From assembly GCA_964016885.1 (NCBI GenBank), contig OZ024749.1:20460001-20524000 (forward strand): a stretch of 64,000 nt of DNA, written 5' to 3'. This document shows positions 1 to 12,281 of this stretch, piece after piece. This DNA comes from Eledone cirrhosa. Its lineage: Eukaryota. Position 1 is the first letter of the stretch, and each line of letters starts with the position of its first letter. Made by a program: the position numbers and the translations under genes. The notes beneath the pieces were generated by a model. It did no database searches and was not told the DNA's origin. It was given only the letters and a program-made list of their open reading frames with translations.

Positions 1-3000
1 GGACTATACCATACTGTGGTACCTACTTACAGCTAGGTGGACTGTGACTGTTGGCACAGTACAGTGGACTATATCATACTGTGGTACCTACTTACAGCTA
101 GGTGGACTGTGACTGTTGGAACAGTACAGTGGACTATATAATACTGTGGTACCTACTTACAGCTAGGTGGACTGTGACTGTTGACAGTACAGTGGACTAT
201 ACCATACTGTGGTACCTACTTACAGCTAGGTGGACTGTGACTGTTGACATAGTACAGTGGACTATACCACACTGTGGTACCTACTTACAGCTAGGTGGAC
301 TATGACTGTTGGCACAGTACAGTGGACTATACCATACTGTGGTACCTACTTACAGCTAGGTGGACTGTGACTGTTGGCACAGTACAGTGGACTATACCAT
401 ACTGTGGTACCTACTTACAGCTAGGTGGACTGTGACTGTTGGCACAGTACAGTGGACTATACCATACTGTGGTACCTACTTACAGCTAGGTGGACTGTGA
501 CTGTTGGCACAGTACAGTGGACTATACCATACTGTGGTACCTACTTACAGCTAGGTGGACTGTGACTGTTGGCACAGTACAGTGGACTATATCATACTGT
601 GGTACCTACTTACAGCTAGGTGGACTGTGACTGTTGGCACAGTACAGTGGACTATATAATACTGTGGTACCTACTTACAGCTAGGTGGACTGTGACTATT
701 GACAGTACAGTGGACTATACCATACTGTGGTACCTACTTACAGCTAGGTGGACTGTGACTGTTGACAGTACAGTGGACTATACCATACTGTGGTACCTAC
801 TTACAGCTAGATGGACTGTGATTGTTGACAGTAGAGTGGACTATACCACACTGTGGTACCTACTTACAGCTAGGTGGACTGTGACTGTTGGCACAGTACA
901 GTGGACTATACCATACTGTGGTACCTACTTACAGCTAGGTGGACTGTGACTGTTGGCACAGTACAGTGGACTATACCATACTGTGGTACCTACTTACAGC
1001 TAGGTGGACTGTGACTGTTGGCACAGTACAGTGGACTATACCATACTGTGGTACCTACTTACAGCTAGGTGAACTGTGACTGTTGGCACAGTACAGTGGA
1101 CTATACCATACTGTGGTACCTACTTACAGCTAGGTGGACTGTGACTGTTGGCACAGTACAGTGGACTATACCACACTGTGGTACCTACTTCCAGCTGGGT
1201 GGATTGTGACTGTTGGCACAGCACAGTGGACTATACCACACTGTGGTCCCTACTTACAGCTAGGTGGACTGTGACTGTTGACTCAGTACAGTGGACTATA
1301 GCAGACTGTGGTGCCTACTTACAGCTAGGTGGACTGTGACTGTTGACAGTACAGTGGACTGTGACTGTTGACAGTACAGTGTACTATACCAGACTGTGGT
1401 ACCTACTTACAGCTAGGTGGACTGTGACTGTTGACAGTACAGTGGACTATACCATACTGTGGTACCTACTTACAGCTAGGTGGACTGTGACTGTTGACAT
1501 AGTACAGTGGACTATACCAACTGTGGTACCTACTTACAGCTAGCTGGACTGAGCTGTTGACATAGTACAGTGGACTATACCATACTGTGGTAACTACTTA
1601 CAACTAGCTGGACTGTGACTGTTGACAGTACAATGGACTACACCATACTCTGGTACCTACTTACAGCTAGGTGGACTGTGACTGTTGACATAGTACAGTG
1701 GACTATACCAACTGTGGTACCTACTTACAGCTATGTGGACTGAGCTGTTGACATAGTACAGTGGACTATACCAGACTGTGGTACCTACTTACAGCTAGGT
1801 GGACTGTGACATTTGGAGCAGTACAGTGGACTATACCATACTGTGGTACCTACTTACAGCTAGGTGGACTGTGACTGTTGACAGTACCGTGGACTATACC
1901 ATACTGTGGTACCTACTTACAGCTAGGTGGACTATGACTGTTGACAGTACAGTGGACTATACCAGACTGTGGTACCTACTTACAGCTAGGTGGACTGTGA
2001 CTGTTGGCAGTACAGTGGACTGTGACAGTTGGCAGTACAGTGGACTATACCATACTGTGGTACCTACTTACAGCTAGGTGGACTGTGACTGTTGACATAG
2101 TACAGTGGACTATACCAACTGTGGTACCTACTTACAGCTAGGTGGACTGTGACTGTTGACAGTACAGTGGACTATACCAGACTGTGGTACCTACTTACAG
2201 CTAGGTGGACTGTGACTGTTGACATAATACAGTGGACTATACCATACTGTGGTACCTACTTACAGCTAGGTGGAGTGTGACTGTTGACATAGTACAGTGG
2301 ACTATACCATACTGTGGTACCTACTTACAGCTATCTGGACTGTGACTGTTGACATAGTACAGTGGACTATACCATACTGTGGTACTTACTTACAGCTAGG
2401 TGGACTGTGACTGTTGACATAGTACAGTGGACTATACCATACTGTGGTACCTACTTACAACTAGGTGGACTGTGACTGTTGACAGTACAGTGGACTATAC
2501 CATACTGTGGTACCTACTTAGAGCTAGGTGGACTGTGACTGTTGACATAGTACAGTGGACTATAGCATACTGCTGTACCTACTTACAGCTAGGTGGACTG
2601 TGACTGTTGACATAGTACAGTGGACTATACCAACTGTGGTAACTACTTACAGCTAGGTGGACTGTGACTGTTGGCACAGTACAGTGGACTATACCATACT
2701 GTGGTACCTACTTACAGCTAGGTGGACTGTGACTGTTGGCACAGTACAGTGGACTATAACATACTGTGGTACCTACTTACAGCTAGGTGGACTGTGACTG
2801 TTGGCACAATACAGTGGACTATACCATACTGTGGTACCTACTTACAGCTAGGTGGACTGTGACTGTTGGCACAGTACAGTGGACTATACCATACTGTGGT
2901 ACCTACTTACAGCTAGGTGGACTGTGACTGTTGGCACAGTACAGTGGACTATACCATACTGTGGTACCTACTTACAGCTAGGTGGACTGTGACTGTTGGC

Positions 3001-5100
3001 ACAGTACAGTGGACTATATCATACTGTGGTACCTACTTACAGCTAGGTGGACTGTGACTGTTGGAACAGTACAGTGGACTATATAATACTGTGGTACCTA
3101 CTTACAGCTAGGTGGACTGTGACTGTTGACAGTACAGTGGACTATACCATACTGTGGTACCTACTTACAGCTAGGTGGACTGTGACTGTTGACAGTACAG
3201 TGGACTATACCATACTGTGGTACCTACTTACAGCTAGGTGGACTGTGACTGTTGACATAGTACAGTGGACTATACCACACTGTGGTACCTACTTACAGCT
3301 AGGTGGACTATGACTGTTGGCACAGTACAGTGGACTATACCATACTGTGGTACCTACTTACAGCTAGGTGGACTGTGACTGTTGGCACAGTACAGTGGAC
3401 TATACCATACTGTGGTACCTACTTACAGCTAGGTGGACTGTGACTGTTGGCACAGTACAGTGGACTATACCATACTGTGGTACCTACTTACAGCTAGGTG
3501 GACTGTGACTGTTGGCACAGTACAGTGGACTATACCATACTCTGGTACCTACTTACAGCTAGGTGGACTGTGACTGTTGGCACAGTACAGTGGACTATAT
3601 CATACTGTGGTACCTACTTACAGCTAGGTGGACTGTGACTGTTGGCACAGTACAGTGGACTATATAATACTGTGGTACCTACTTACAGCTAGGTGGACTG
3701 TGACTATTGACAGTACAGTGGACTATACCATACTGTGGTACCTACTTGCAGCTAGGTGGACTGTGACTGTTGACAGTACAGTGGACTATACCATACTGTG
3801 GTACCTACTTACAGCTAGATGGACTGTGATTGTTGACAGTAGAGTGGACTATACCACACTGTGGTACCTACTTACAGCTAGGTGGACTGTGACTGTTGGC
3901 ACAGTACAGTGGACTATACCATACTGTGGTACCTACTTACAGCTAGGTGGACTGTGACTGTTGGCACAGTACAGTGGACTATACCATACTGTGGTACCTA
4001 CTTACAGCTAGGTGGACTGTGACTGTTGGCACAGTACAGTGGACTATACCATACTGTGGTACCTACTTACAGCTAGGTGAACTGTGACTGTTGGCACAGT
4101 ACAGTGGACTATACCATACTGTGGTACCTACTTACAGCTAGGTGGACTGTGACTGTTGGCACAGTACAGTGGACTATACCACACTGTGGTACCTACTTCC
4201 AGTTGGGTGGATTGTGACTGTTGGCACAGCACAGTGGACTATACCACACTGTGGTCCCTACTTACAGCTAGGTGGACTGTGACTGTTGACACAGTACAGT
4301 GGACTATAGCAGACTGTGGTGCCTACTTACAGCTAGGTGGACTGTGACTGTTGACAGTACAGTGGACTGTGACTGTTGACACTACAGTGTACTATACCAG
4401 ACTGTGGTACCTACTTACAGCTAGGTGGACTGTGACTGTTGACAGTACAGTGGACTATACCATACTGTGGTACCTACTTACAGCTAGGTGGACTGTGACT
4501 GTTGACATAGTACAGTGGACTATACCAACTGTGGTACCTATTTACAGCTAGCTGGACTGAGCTGTTGACATAGTACAGTGGACTATACCATACTGTGGTA
4601 CCTACTTACAACTAGCTGGACTGTGACTGTTGACAGTACAATGGACTACACCATACTCTGGTACCTACTTACAGCTAGGTGGACTCTGACTGTTGACATA
4701 GTACAGTGGACTATACCAACTGTGGTACCTACTTACAGCTATGTGGACTGAGCTGTTGACATAGTACAGTGGACTATACCAGACTGTGGTACCTACTTAC
4801 AGCTAGGTGGACTGTGACATTTGGAGCAGTACAGTGGACTATACCATACTGTGGTACCTACTTACAGCTAGGTGGACTGTGACTGTTGACAGTACCGTGG
4901 ACTATACCATACTGTGGTACCTACTTACAGCTAGGTGGACTATGACTGTTGACTGTACAGTGGATTATACCAGACTGTGGTACCTACTTACAGCTAGGTG
5001 GACTGTGACTGTTGGCAGTACAGTGGACTGTGACAGTTGGCAGTACAGTGGACTATACCATACTGTGGTACCTACTTACAGCTAGGTGGACTGTGACTGT
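1..5100. repeat. Segmental duplication within the array: ~1-2100 repeated at ~2950-5100 (offset 2945, then 3008 after one extra 63-bp monomer)
   Basis: ORF-track offsets are 102/3047, 620/3628, 1148/4156, 1343/4351 and 1799/4807. Shared rare variants are GGAACAG (118/3063), AGATGGACTGTGATTG (809/3817) and GACATTTGGAGC (1808/4816). Confidence 0.85.
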
Positions 5101-8100
5101 TGACAGTACAACGGACTATACCATACTGTGGTATCTACTTACAGCTAGGTGGACTGTGACTGTTGACAGTACAGTGGACTATACCAGACTGTGGTACCTA
5201 CTTACAGCTAGGTGGACTCTGACTGTTGGCCGTACAGTGGACTCTACCATACTGTGGTACCTACTTACAGCTAGGTGGACTGTGACTGTTGACAGTACAG
5301 TGGACTATACCAGACTGTGGTACCTACTTACAGCTAGGTGGACTGTGACTGTTGACAGTGGACTATACCATACTGTGGTATCTACTTACAGCTAGGTGGA
5401 CTGTGACTGTTGACAGTACAGTGGACTATACCAGACTGTGGTACCTACTTACAGCTAGGTGGACTGTGACTGTTGGCACAGTACAGTGGACTATATCATA
5501 CTGTGGTACCTACTTACAGCTAGGTGGACTGTGACTGTTGGCACAGTACAGTGGACTATATAATACTGTGGTACCTACTTACAGCTAGGTGGACTGTGAC
5601 TGTTGACAGTACAGTGGACTATATCATACTGTGGTACCTACTTACAGCTAGGTGGACTGTGACTGTTGACAGTACAGTGGACTATACCATACTGTGGTAC
5701 CTACTTACAGCTAGATGGACTGTGATTGTTGACAGTAGAGTGGACTATACCACACTGTGGTACCTACTTACAGCTAGGTGGACTGTGACTGTTGGCACAG
5801 TACAGTGGACAATACCATACTGTGGTACCTACTTACAGCTAGGTGGACTGTGACTGTTGGCACAGTACAGTGGACTATACCATACTGTGGTACCTACTTA
5901 CAGCTAGGTGGACTGTGACTGTTGGCACAGTACAGTGGACTATACCATACTGTGGTACCTACTTACAGCTAGGTGAACTGTGACTGTTGGCACAGTACAG
6001 TGGACTATACCATACTGTGGTACCTACTTACAGCTAGGTTGACTGTGACTGTTGGCAGAGTACAGTGGACTATACCACACTGTGGTACCTACTTCCAGCT
6101 AGGTGGACTGTGACTGTTGGCACAGCAGAGTGGACTATACCACACTGTGGTCCCTACTTACAGCTAGGTGGACTGTGACTGTTGACACAGTACAGTGGAC
6201 TATACCAGACTGTGGTGCCTACTTACAGCTAGGTGGACTGTGACTGTTGACAGTACAGTGGACTGTGACTGTTGACAGTACAGTGTACTATACCAGACTG
6301 TGGTACCTACTTACAGCTAGGTGGACTGTGACTGTTGACAGTACAGTGGACTATACCATACTGTGGTACCTACTTACAGCTAGGTGGACTGTGACTGTTG
6401 ACATAGTACAGTGGACTATACCAACTGTGGTACCTACTTACAGCTAGCTGGACTGAGCTGTTGACATAGTACAGTGGACTATACCATACTGTGGTACCTA
6501 CTTACAACTAGCTGGACTGTGACTGTTGACAGTACAATGGACTACACCATACTCTGGTACCTACTTACAGCTAGGTGGACTGTGACTGTTGACATAGTAC
6601 AGTGGACTATACCAACTGTGGTACCTACTTACAGCTATGTGGACTGAGCTGTTGACATATTACAGTGGACTATACCAGACTGTGGTACCTACTTATAGCT
6701 AGGTGGACTGTGACTGTTGACAGTACCGTGGACTATACCATACTGTGGTACCTACTTACAGCTAGGTGGACTGTGACTGTTGACAGTAGAGTGGACTATA
6801 CCACACTGTGGTTCCTACTTACAGCTAGGTGGACTGTGACTGTTGACATAGTACAGTGGACTATACCAACTGTGGTACCTACTTACAGCTAGCTGGACTG
6901 AGCTGTTGACATAGTACAGTGGACTATACCATACTGTGGTACCTACTTACAACTAGCTGGACTGTGACTGTTGACAGTACAATGGACTACACCATACTCT
7001 GGTACCTACTTACAGCTAGGTGGACTGTGACTGTTGGCACAGTACAGTGGACTATACCACACTGTGGTACCTACTTACAGCTAGGTGGACTATGACTGTT
7101 GGCACAGTACAGTGGACTATACCATACTGTGGTACCTACTTACAGCTAGGTGGACTGTGACTGTTGGCACAGTACAGTGGACTATACCATACTGTGGTAC
7201 CTACTTACAGCTAGGTGGACTGTGACTGTTGGCACAGTACAGTGGACTATACCATACTGTGGTACCTACTTACAGCTAGGTGGACTGTGACTGTTGGCAC
7301 AGTACAGTGGACTATACCATACTCTGGTACCTACTTACAGCTAGGTGGACTGTGACTGTTGGCACAGTACAGTGGACTATATCATACTGTGGTACCTACT
7401 TACAGCTAGGTGGACTGTGACTGTTGGCACAGTACAGTGGACTATATAATACTGTGGTACCTACTTACAGCTAGGTGGACTGTGACTATTGACAGTACAG
7501 TGGACTATACCATACTGTGGTACCTACTTACAGCTAGGTGGACTGTGACTGTTGACAGTACAGTGGACTATACCATACTGTGGTACCTACTTACAGCTAG
7601 ATGGACTGTGATTGTTGACAGTAGAGTGGACTATACCACACTGTGGTACCTACTTACAGCTAGGTGGACTGTGACTGTTGGCACAGTACAGTGGACTATA
7701 CCATACTGTGGTACCTACTTACAGCTAGGTGGACTGTGACTGTTGGCACAGTACAGTGGACTATACCATACTGTGGTACCTACTTACAGCTAGGTGGACT
7801 GTGACTGTTGGCACAGTACAGTGGACTATACCATACTGTGGTACCTACTTACAGCTAGGTGAACTGTGACTGTTGGCACAGTACAGTGGACTATACCATA
7901 CTGTGGTACCTACTTACAGCTAGGTGGACTGTGACTGTTGGCACAGTACAGTGGACTATACCACACTGTGGTACCTACTTCCAGCTGGGTGGATTGTGAC
8001 TGTTGGCACAGCACAGTGGACTATACCACACTGTGGTCCCTACTTACAGCTAGGTGGACTGTGACTGTTGACACAGTACAGTGGACTATAGCAGACTGTG

Positions 8101-10616
8101 GTGCCTACTTACAGCTAGGTGGACTGTGACTGTTGACAGTACAGTGGACTGTGACTGTTGACACTACAGTGTACTATACCAGACTGTGGTACCTACTTAC
8201 AGCTAGGTGGACTGTGACTGTTGACAGTACAGTGGACTATACCATACTGTGGTACCTACTTACAGCTAGGTGGACTGTGACTGTTGACATAGTACAGTGG
8301 ACTATACCAACTGTGGTACCTATTTACAGCTAGCTGGACTGACTGTTGACATAGTACAGTGGACTATACCATACTGTGGTACCTACTTACAACTAGCTGG
8401 ACTGTGACTGTTGACAGTACAATGGACTACACCATACTCTGGTACCTACTTACAGCTAGGTGGACTCTGACTGTTGACATAGTACAGTGGACTATACCAA
8501 CTGTGGTACCTACTTACAGCTATGTGGACTGAGCTGTTGACATAGTACAGTGGACTATACCAGACTGTGGTACCTACTTACAGCTAGGTGGACTGTGACA
8601 TTTGGAGCAGTACAGTGGACTATACCATACTGTGGTACCTACTTACAGCTAGGTGGACTGTGACTGTTGACAGTACCGTGGACTATACCATACTGTGGTA
8701 CCTACTTACAGCTAGGTGGACTATGACTGTTGACTGCACAGTGGACTATACCAGACTGTGGTACCTACTTACAGCTAGGTGGACTGTGACTGTTGGCAGT
8801 ACAGTGGACTGTGACAGTTGGCAGTACAGTGGACTATACCATACTGTGGTACCTACTTACAGCTAGGTGGACTGTGACTGTTGACAGTACAACGGACTAT
8901 ACCATACTGTGGTATCTACTTACAGCTAGGTGGACTGTGACTGTTGACAGTACAGTGGACTATACCAGACTGTGGTACCTACTTACAGCTAGGTGGACTC
9001 TGACTGTTGGCCGTACAGTGGACTCTACCATACTGTGGTACCTACTTACAGCTAGGTGGACTGTGACTGTTGACAGTACAGTGGACTATACCAGACTGTG
9101 GTACCTACTTACAGCTAGGTGGACTGTGACTGTTGACAGTGGACTATACCATACTGTGGTATCTACTTACAGCTAGGTGGACTGTGACTGTTGACAGTAC
9201 AGTGGACTATACCAGACTGTGGTACCTACTTACAGCTAGGTGGACTGTGACTGTTGGCACAGTACAGTGGACTATATCATACTGTGGTACCTACTTACAG
9301 CTAGGTGGACTGTGACTGTTGGCACAGTACAGTGGACTATATAATACTGTGGTACCTACTTACAGCTAGGTGGACTGTGACTGTTGACAGTACAGTGGAC
9401 TATACCATACTGTGGTACCTACTTACAGCTAGGTGGACTGTGACTGTTGACAGTACAGTGGACTATACCATACTGTGGTACCTACTTACAGCTAGATGGA
9501 CTGTGATTGTTGACAGTAGAGTGGACTATACCACACTGTGGTACCTACTTACAGCTAGGTGGACTGTGACTGTTGGCACAGTACAGTGGACAATACCATA
9601 CTGTGGTACCTACTTACAGCTAGGTGGACTGTGACTGTTGGCACAGTACAGTGGACTATACCATACTGTGGTACCTACTTACAGCTAGGTCGACTGTGAC
9701 TGTTGGCACAGTACAGTGGACTATACCATACTGTGGTACCTACTTACAGCTAGGTGAACTGTGACTGTTGGCACAGTACAGTGGACTATACCATACTGTG
9801 GTACCTACTTACAGCTAGGTTGACTGTGACTGTTGGCAGAGTACAGTGGACTATACCACACTGTGGTACCTACTTCCAGCTAGGTGGACTGTGACTGTTG
9901 GCACAGCAGAGTGGACTATACCACACTGTGGTCCCTACTTACAGCTAGGTGGACTGTGACTGTTGACACAGTACAGTGGACTATACCAGACTGTGGTGCC
10001 TACTTACAGCTAGGTGGACTGTGACTGTTGACAGTACAGTGGACTGTGACTGTTGACAGTACAGTGTACTATACCAGACTGTGGTACCTACTTACAGCTA
10101 GGTGGACTGTGACTGTTGACAGTACAGTGGACTATACCATACTGTGGTACCTACTTACAGCTAGGTGGACTGTGACTGTTGACATAGTACAGTGGACTAT
10201 ACCAACTGTGGTACCTACTTACAGCTAGCTGGACTGAGCTGTTGACATAGTACAGTGGACTATACCATACTGTGGTACCTACTTACAACTAGCTGGACTG
10301 TGACTGTTGACAGTACAATGGACTACACCATACTCTGGTACCTACTTACAGCTAGGTGGACTGTGACTGTTGACATAGTACAGTGGACTATACCAACTGT
10401 GGTACCTACTTACAGCTATGTGGACTGAGCTGTTGACATATTACAGTGGACTATACCAGACTGTGGTACCTACTTATAGCTAGGTGGACTGTGACTGTTG
10501 ACAGTACCGTGGACTATACCATACTGTGGTACCTACTTACAGCTAGGTGGACTGTGACTGTTGACAGTAGAGTGGACTATACCACACTGTGGTTCCTACT
10601 TACAGCTAGGTGGACT
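3259..10616. repeat. Near-tandem duplication of ~3.58 kb (3259-6835 and 7041-10616; offset 3782, then 3781)
   Basis: ORF offsets are 3628/7410, 4351/8133, 4807/8588, 5524/9305 and 6665/10446. Private variants are GGACAATACC (5807/9588), GGCAGAG (~6054/9835) and GTTCCTAC (6811/10592). A 1-bp loss near 8340 (CTGAGCTG to CTGACTG) explains the offset change. Confidence 0.9.
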
Positions 10617-12281
10617 ATGACTGTTGGCACAGTACAGTGGACTATACCATACTGTGGTACCTACTTACAGCTAGGTGGACTGTGACTGTTGGAACAGTAC
10701 AGTGGACTATATAATACTGTGGTACCTACTTACAGCTAGGTGGACTGTGACTGTTGACAGTACAGTGGACTATACCATACTGTGGTACCTACTTACAGCT
10801 AGGTGGACTGTGACTGTTGACAGTAGAGTGGACTATACCACACTGTGGTACCTACTTACAGCTAGGTGGACTATGACTGTTGGCACAGTACAGTGGACTA
10901 TACCATACTGTGGTACCTACTTACAGCTAGGTAGACTGTGACTGTTGGCACAGTACAGTGGACTATACCATACTGTGGTACCTACTTACAGCTAGGTGGA
11001 CTGTGACTGTTGGCACAGTACAGTGGACTATACCATACTGTGGTACCTACTTACAGCTAGGTGGACTGTGACTGTTGGAGCAGTACAGTGGACTATACCA
11101 TACTGTGGTACCTACTTACAGCTAGGTGGACTGTGACTGTTGACAGTACCGTGGACTATACCATACTGTGGTACCTACTTACAGCTAGGTGGCCTATGAC
11201 TGTTGACAGTACAGTGGACTATACCAGACTGTGGTACCTACTTACAGCTAGGTGGACTGTGACTGTTGGCAGTACAGTGGACTGTGACTGTTGGCAGTAC
11301 AGTGGACTATACCATACTGTGGTACCTACTTACAGCTAGGTGGACTGTGACTGTTGACAGTACAACGGACTATACCATACTGTGGTATCTACTTACAGCT
11401 AGGTGGACTGTGACTGTTGACAGTACAGTGGACTATACCAGACTGTGGTACCTACTTACAGGTAGGTGGACTCTGACTGTTGGCCGTACAGTGGACTCTA
11501 CCATACTGTGGTACCTACTTACAGCTTGGTGGACTGTGACTGTTGACAGTACAGTGGACTATACCAGACTGTGGTACCTACTTAAGCTAGGTGGACTGTG
11601 ACTGTTGACAGTGGACTATACCATACTGTGGTATCTACTTACAGCTAGGTGGACTGTGACTGTTGACAGTACAGTGGACTATACCAGACTGTGGTACCTA
11701 CATACAGCTAGGTGGACTGTGACTATTGGCAGTACAGTGGACTATACCATACTGTGGTGGTGCCTACTTACAGCTAGGTGGACTGTGACTGTTGGCACAG
11801 TACAGTGGACTATACCATACTGTGGTGGTGCCTACTTACAGCTAGGTGGACTGTGACTGTTGGGACAGTACAGTGGACTATACCATACTGTGGTCCCTAC
11901 TTACAGCAAGGTGGACTGTGACTGTTGGCACAGTACAGTGGACTATACCATACTGTGGTACCTACTTACATCTAGGTAGACTGTGACTGTTGACAGTACA
12001 GTGGACTATACAATACTGTGGTACCTACTTACAGCTAGGTGGACTGTGACTGTTGACAGTAGAGTGGACTATACCACACTATGGTACCTACTTACAGCTA
12101 GGTGGACTGTGACTGTTGGCACAGTACAGTGGACTATACCCTACTGTGGTACCTACTTACAGCTAGGTGGACTGTGACTGTTGGCACAGTACAGTGGACT
12201 ATACCACACTGTGGTACCTACTTCCAGCTAGATGGACTGTGACTGTTGGCACAGCACAGTGGACTATACCACACTGTGGTC

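Noticed and set aside
1-130. Satellite-encoded hammerhead ribozyme (three stems per monomer)
   Set aside because: The catalytic core motifs CUGANGA and GAAA are absent from the consensus on both strands.
1-130. tRNA/SINE-like cloverleaf or tandem tRNA array
   Set aside because: There is no acceptor stem closing the three hairpins, no GTTCRA T-loop/B box and no standard anticodon arm.
1-195. 63 bp equals six helical turns and three monomers approximate a nucleosome repeat
   Set aside because: This is numerology without support: monomer length varies among 63-65 bp and there are no phased A-tracts. It would need MNase data.
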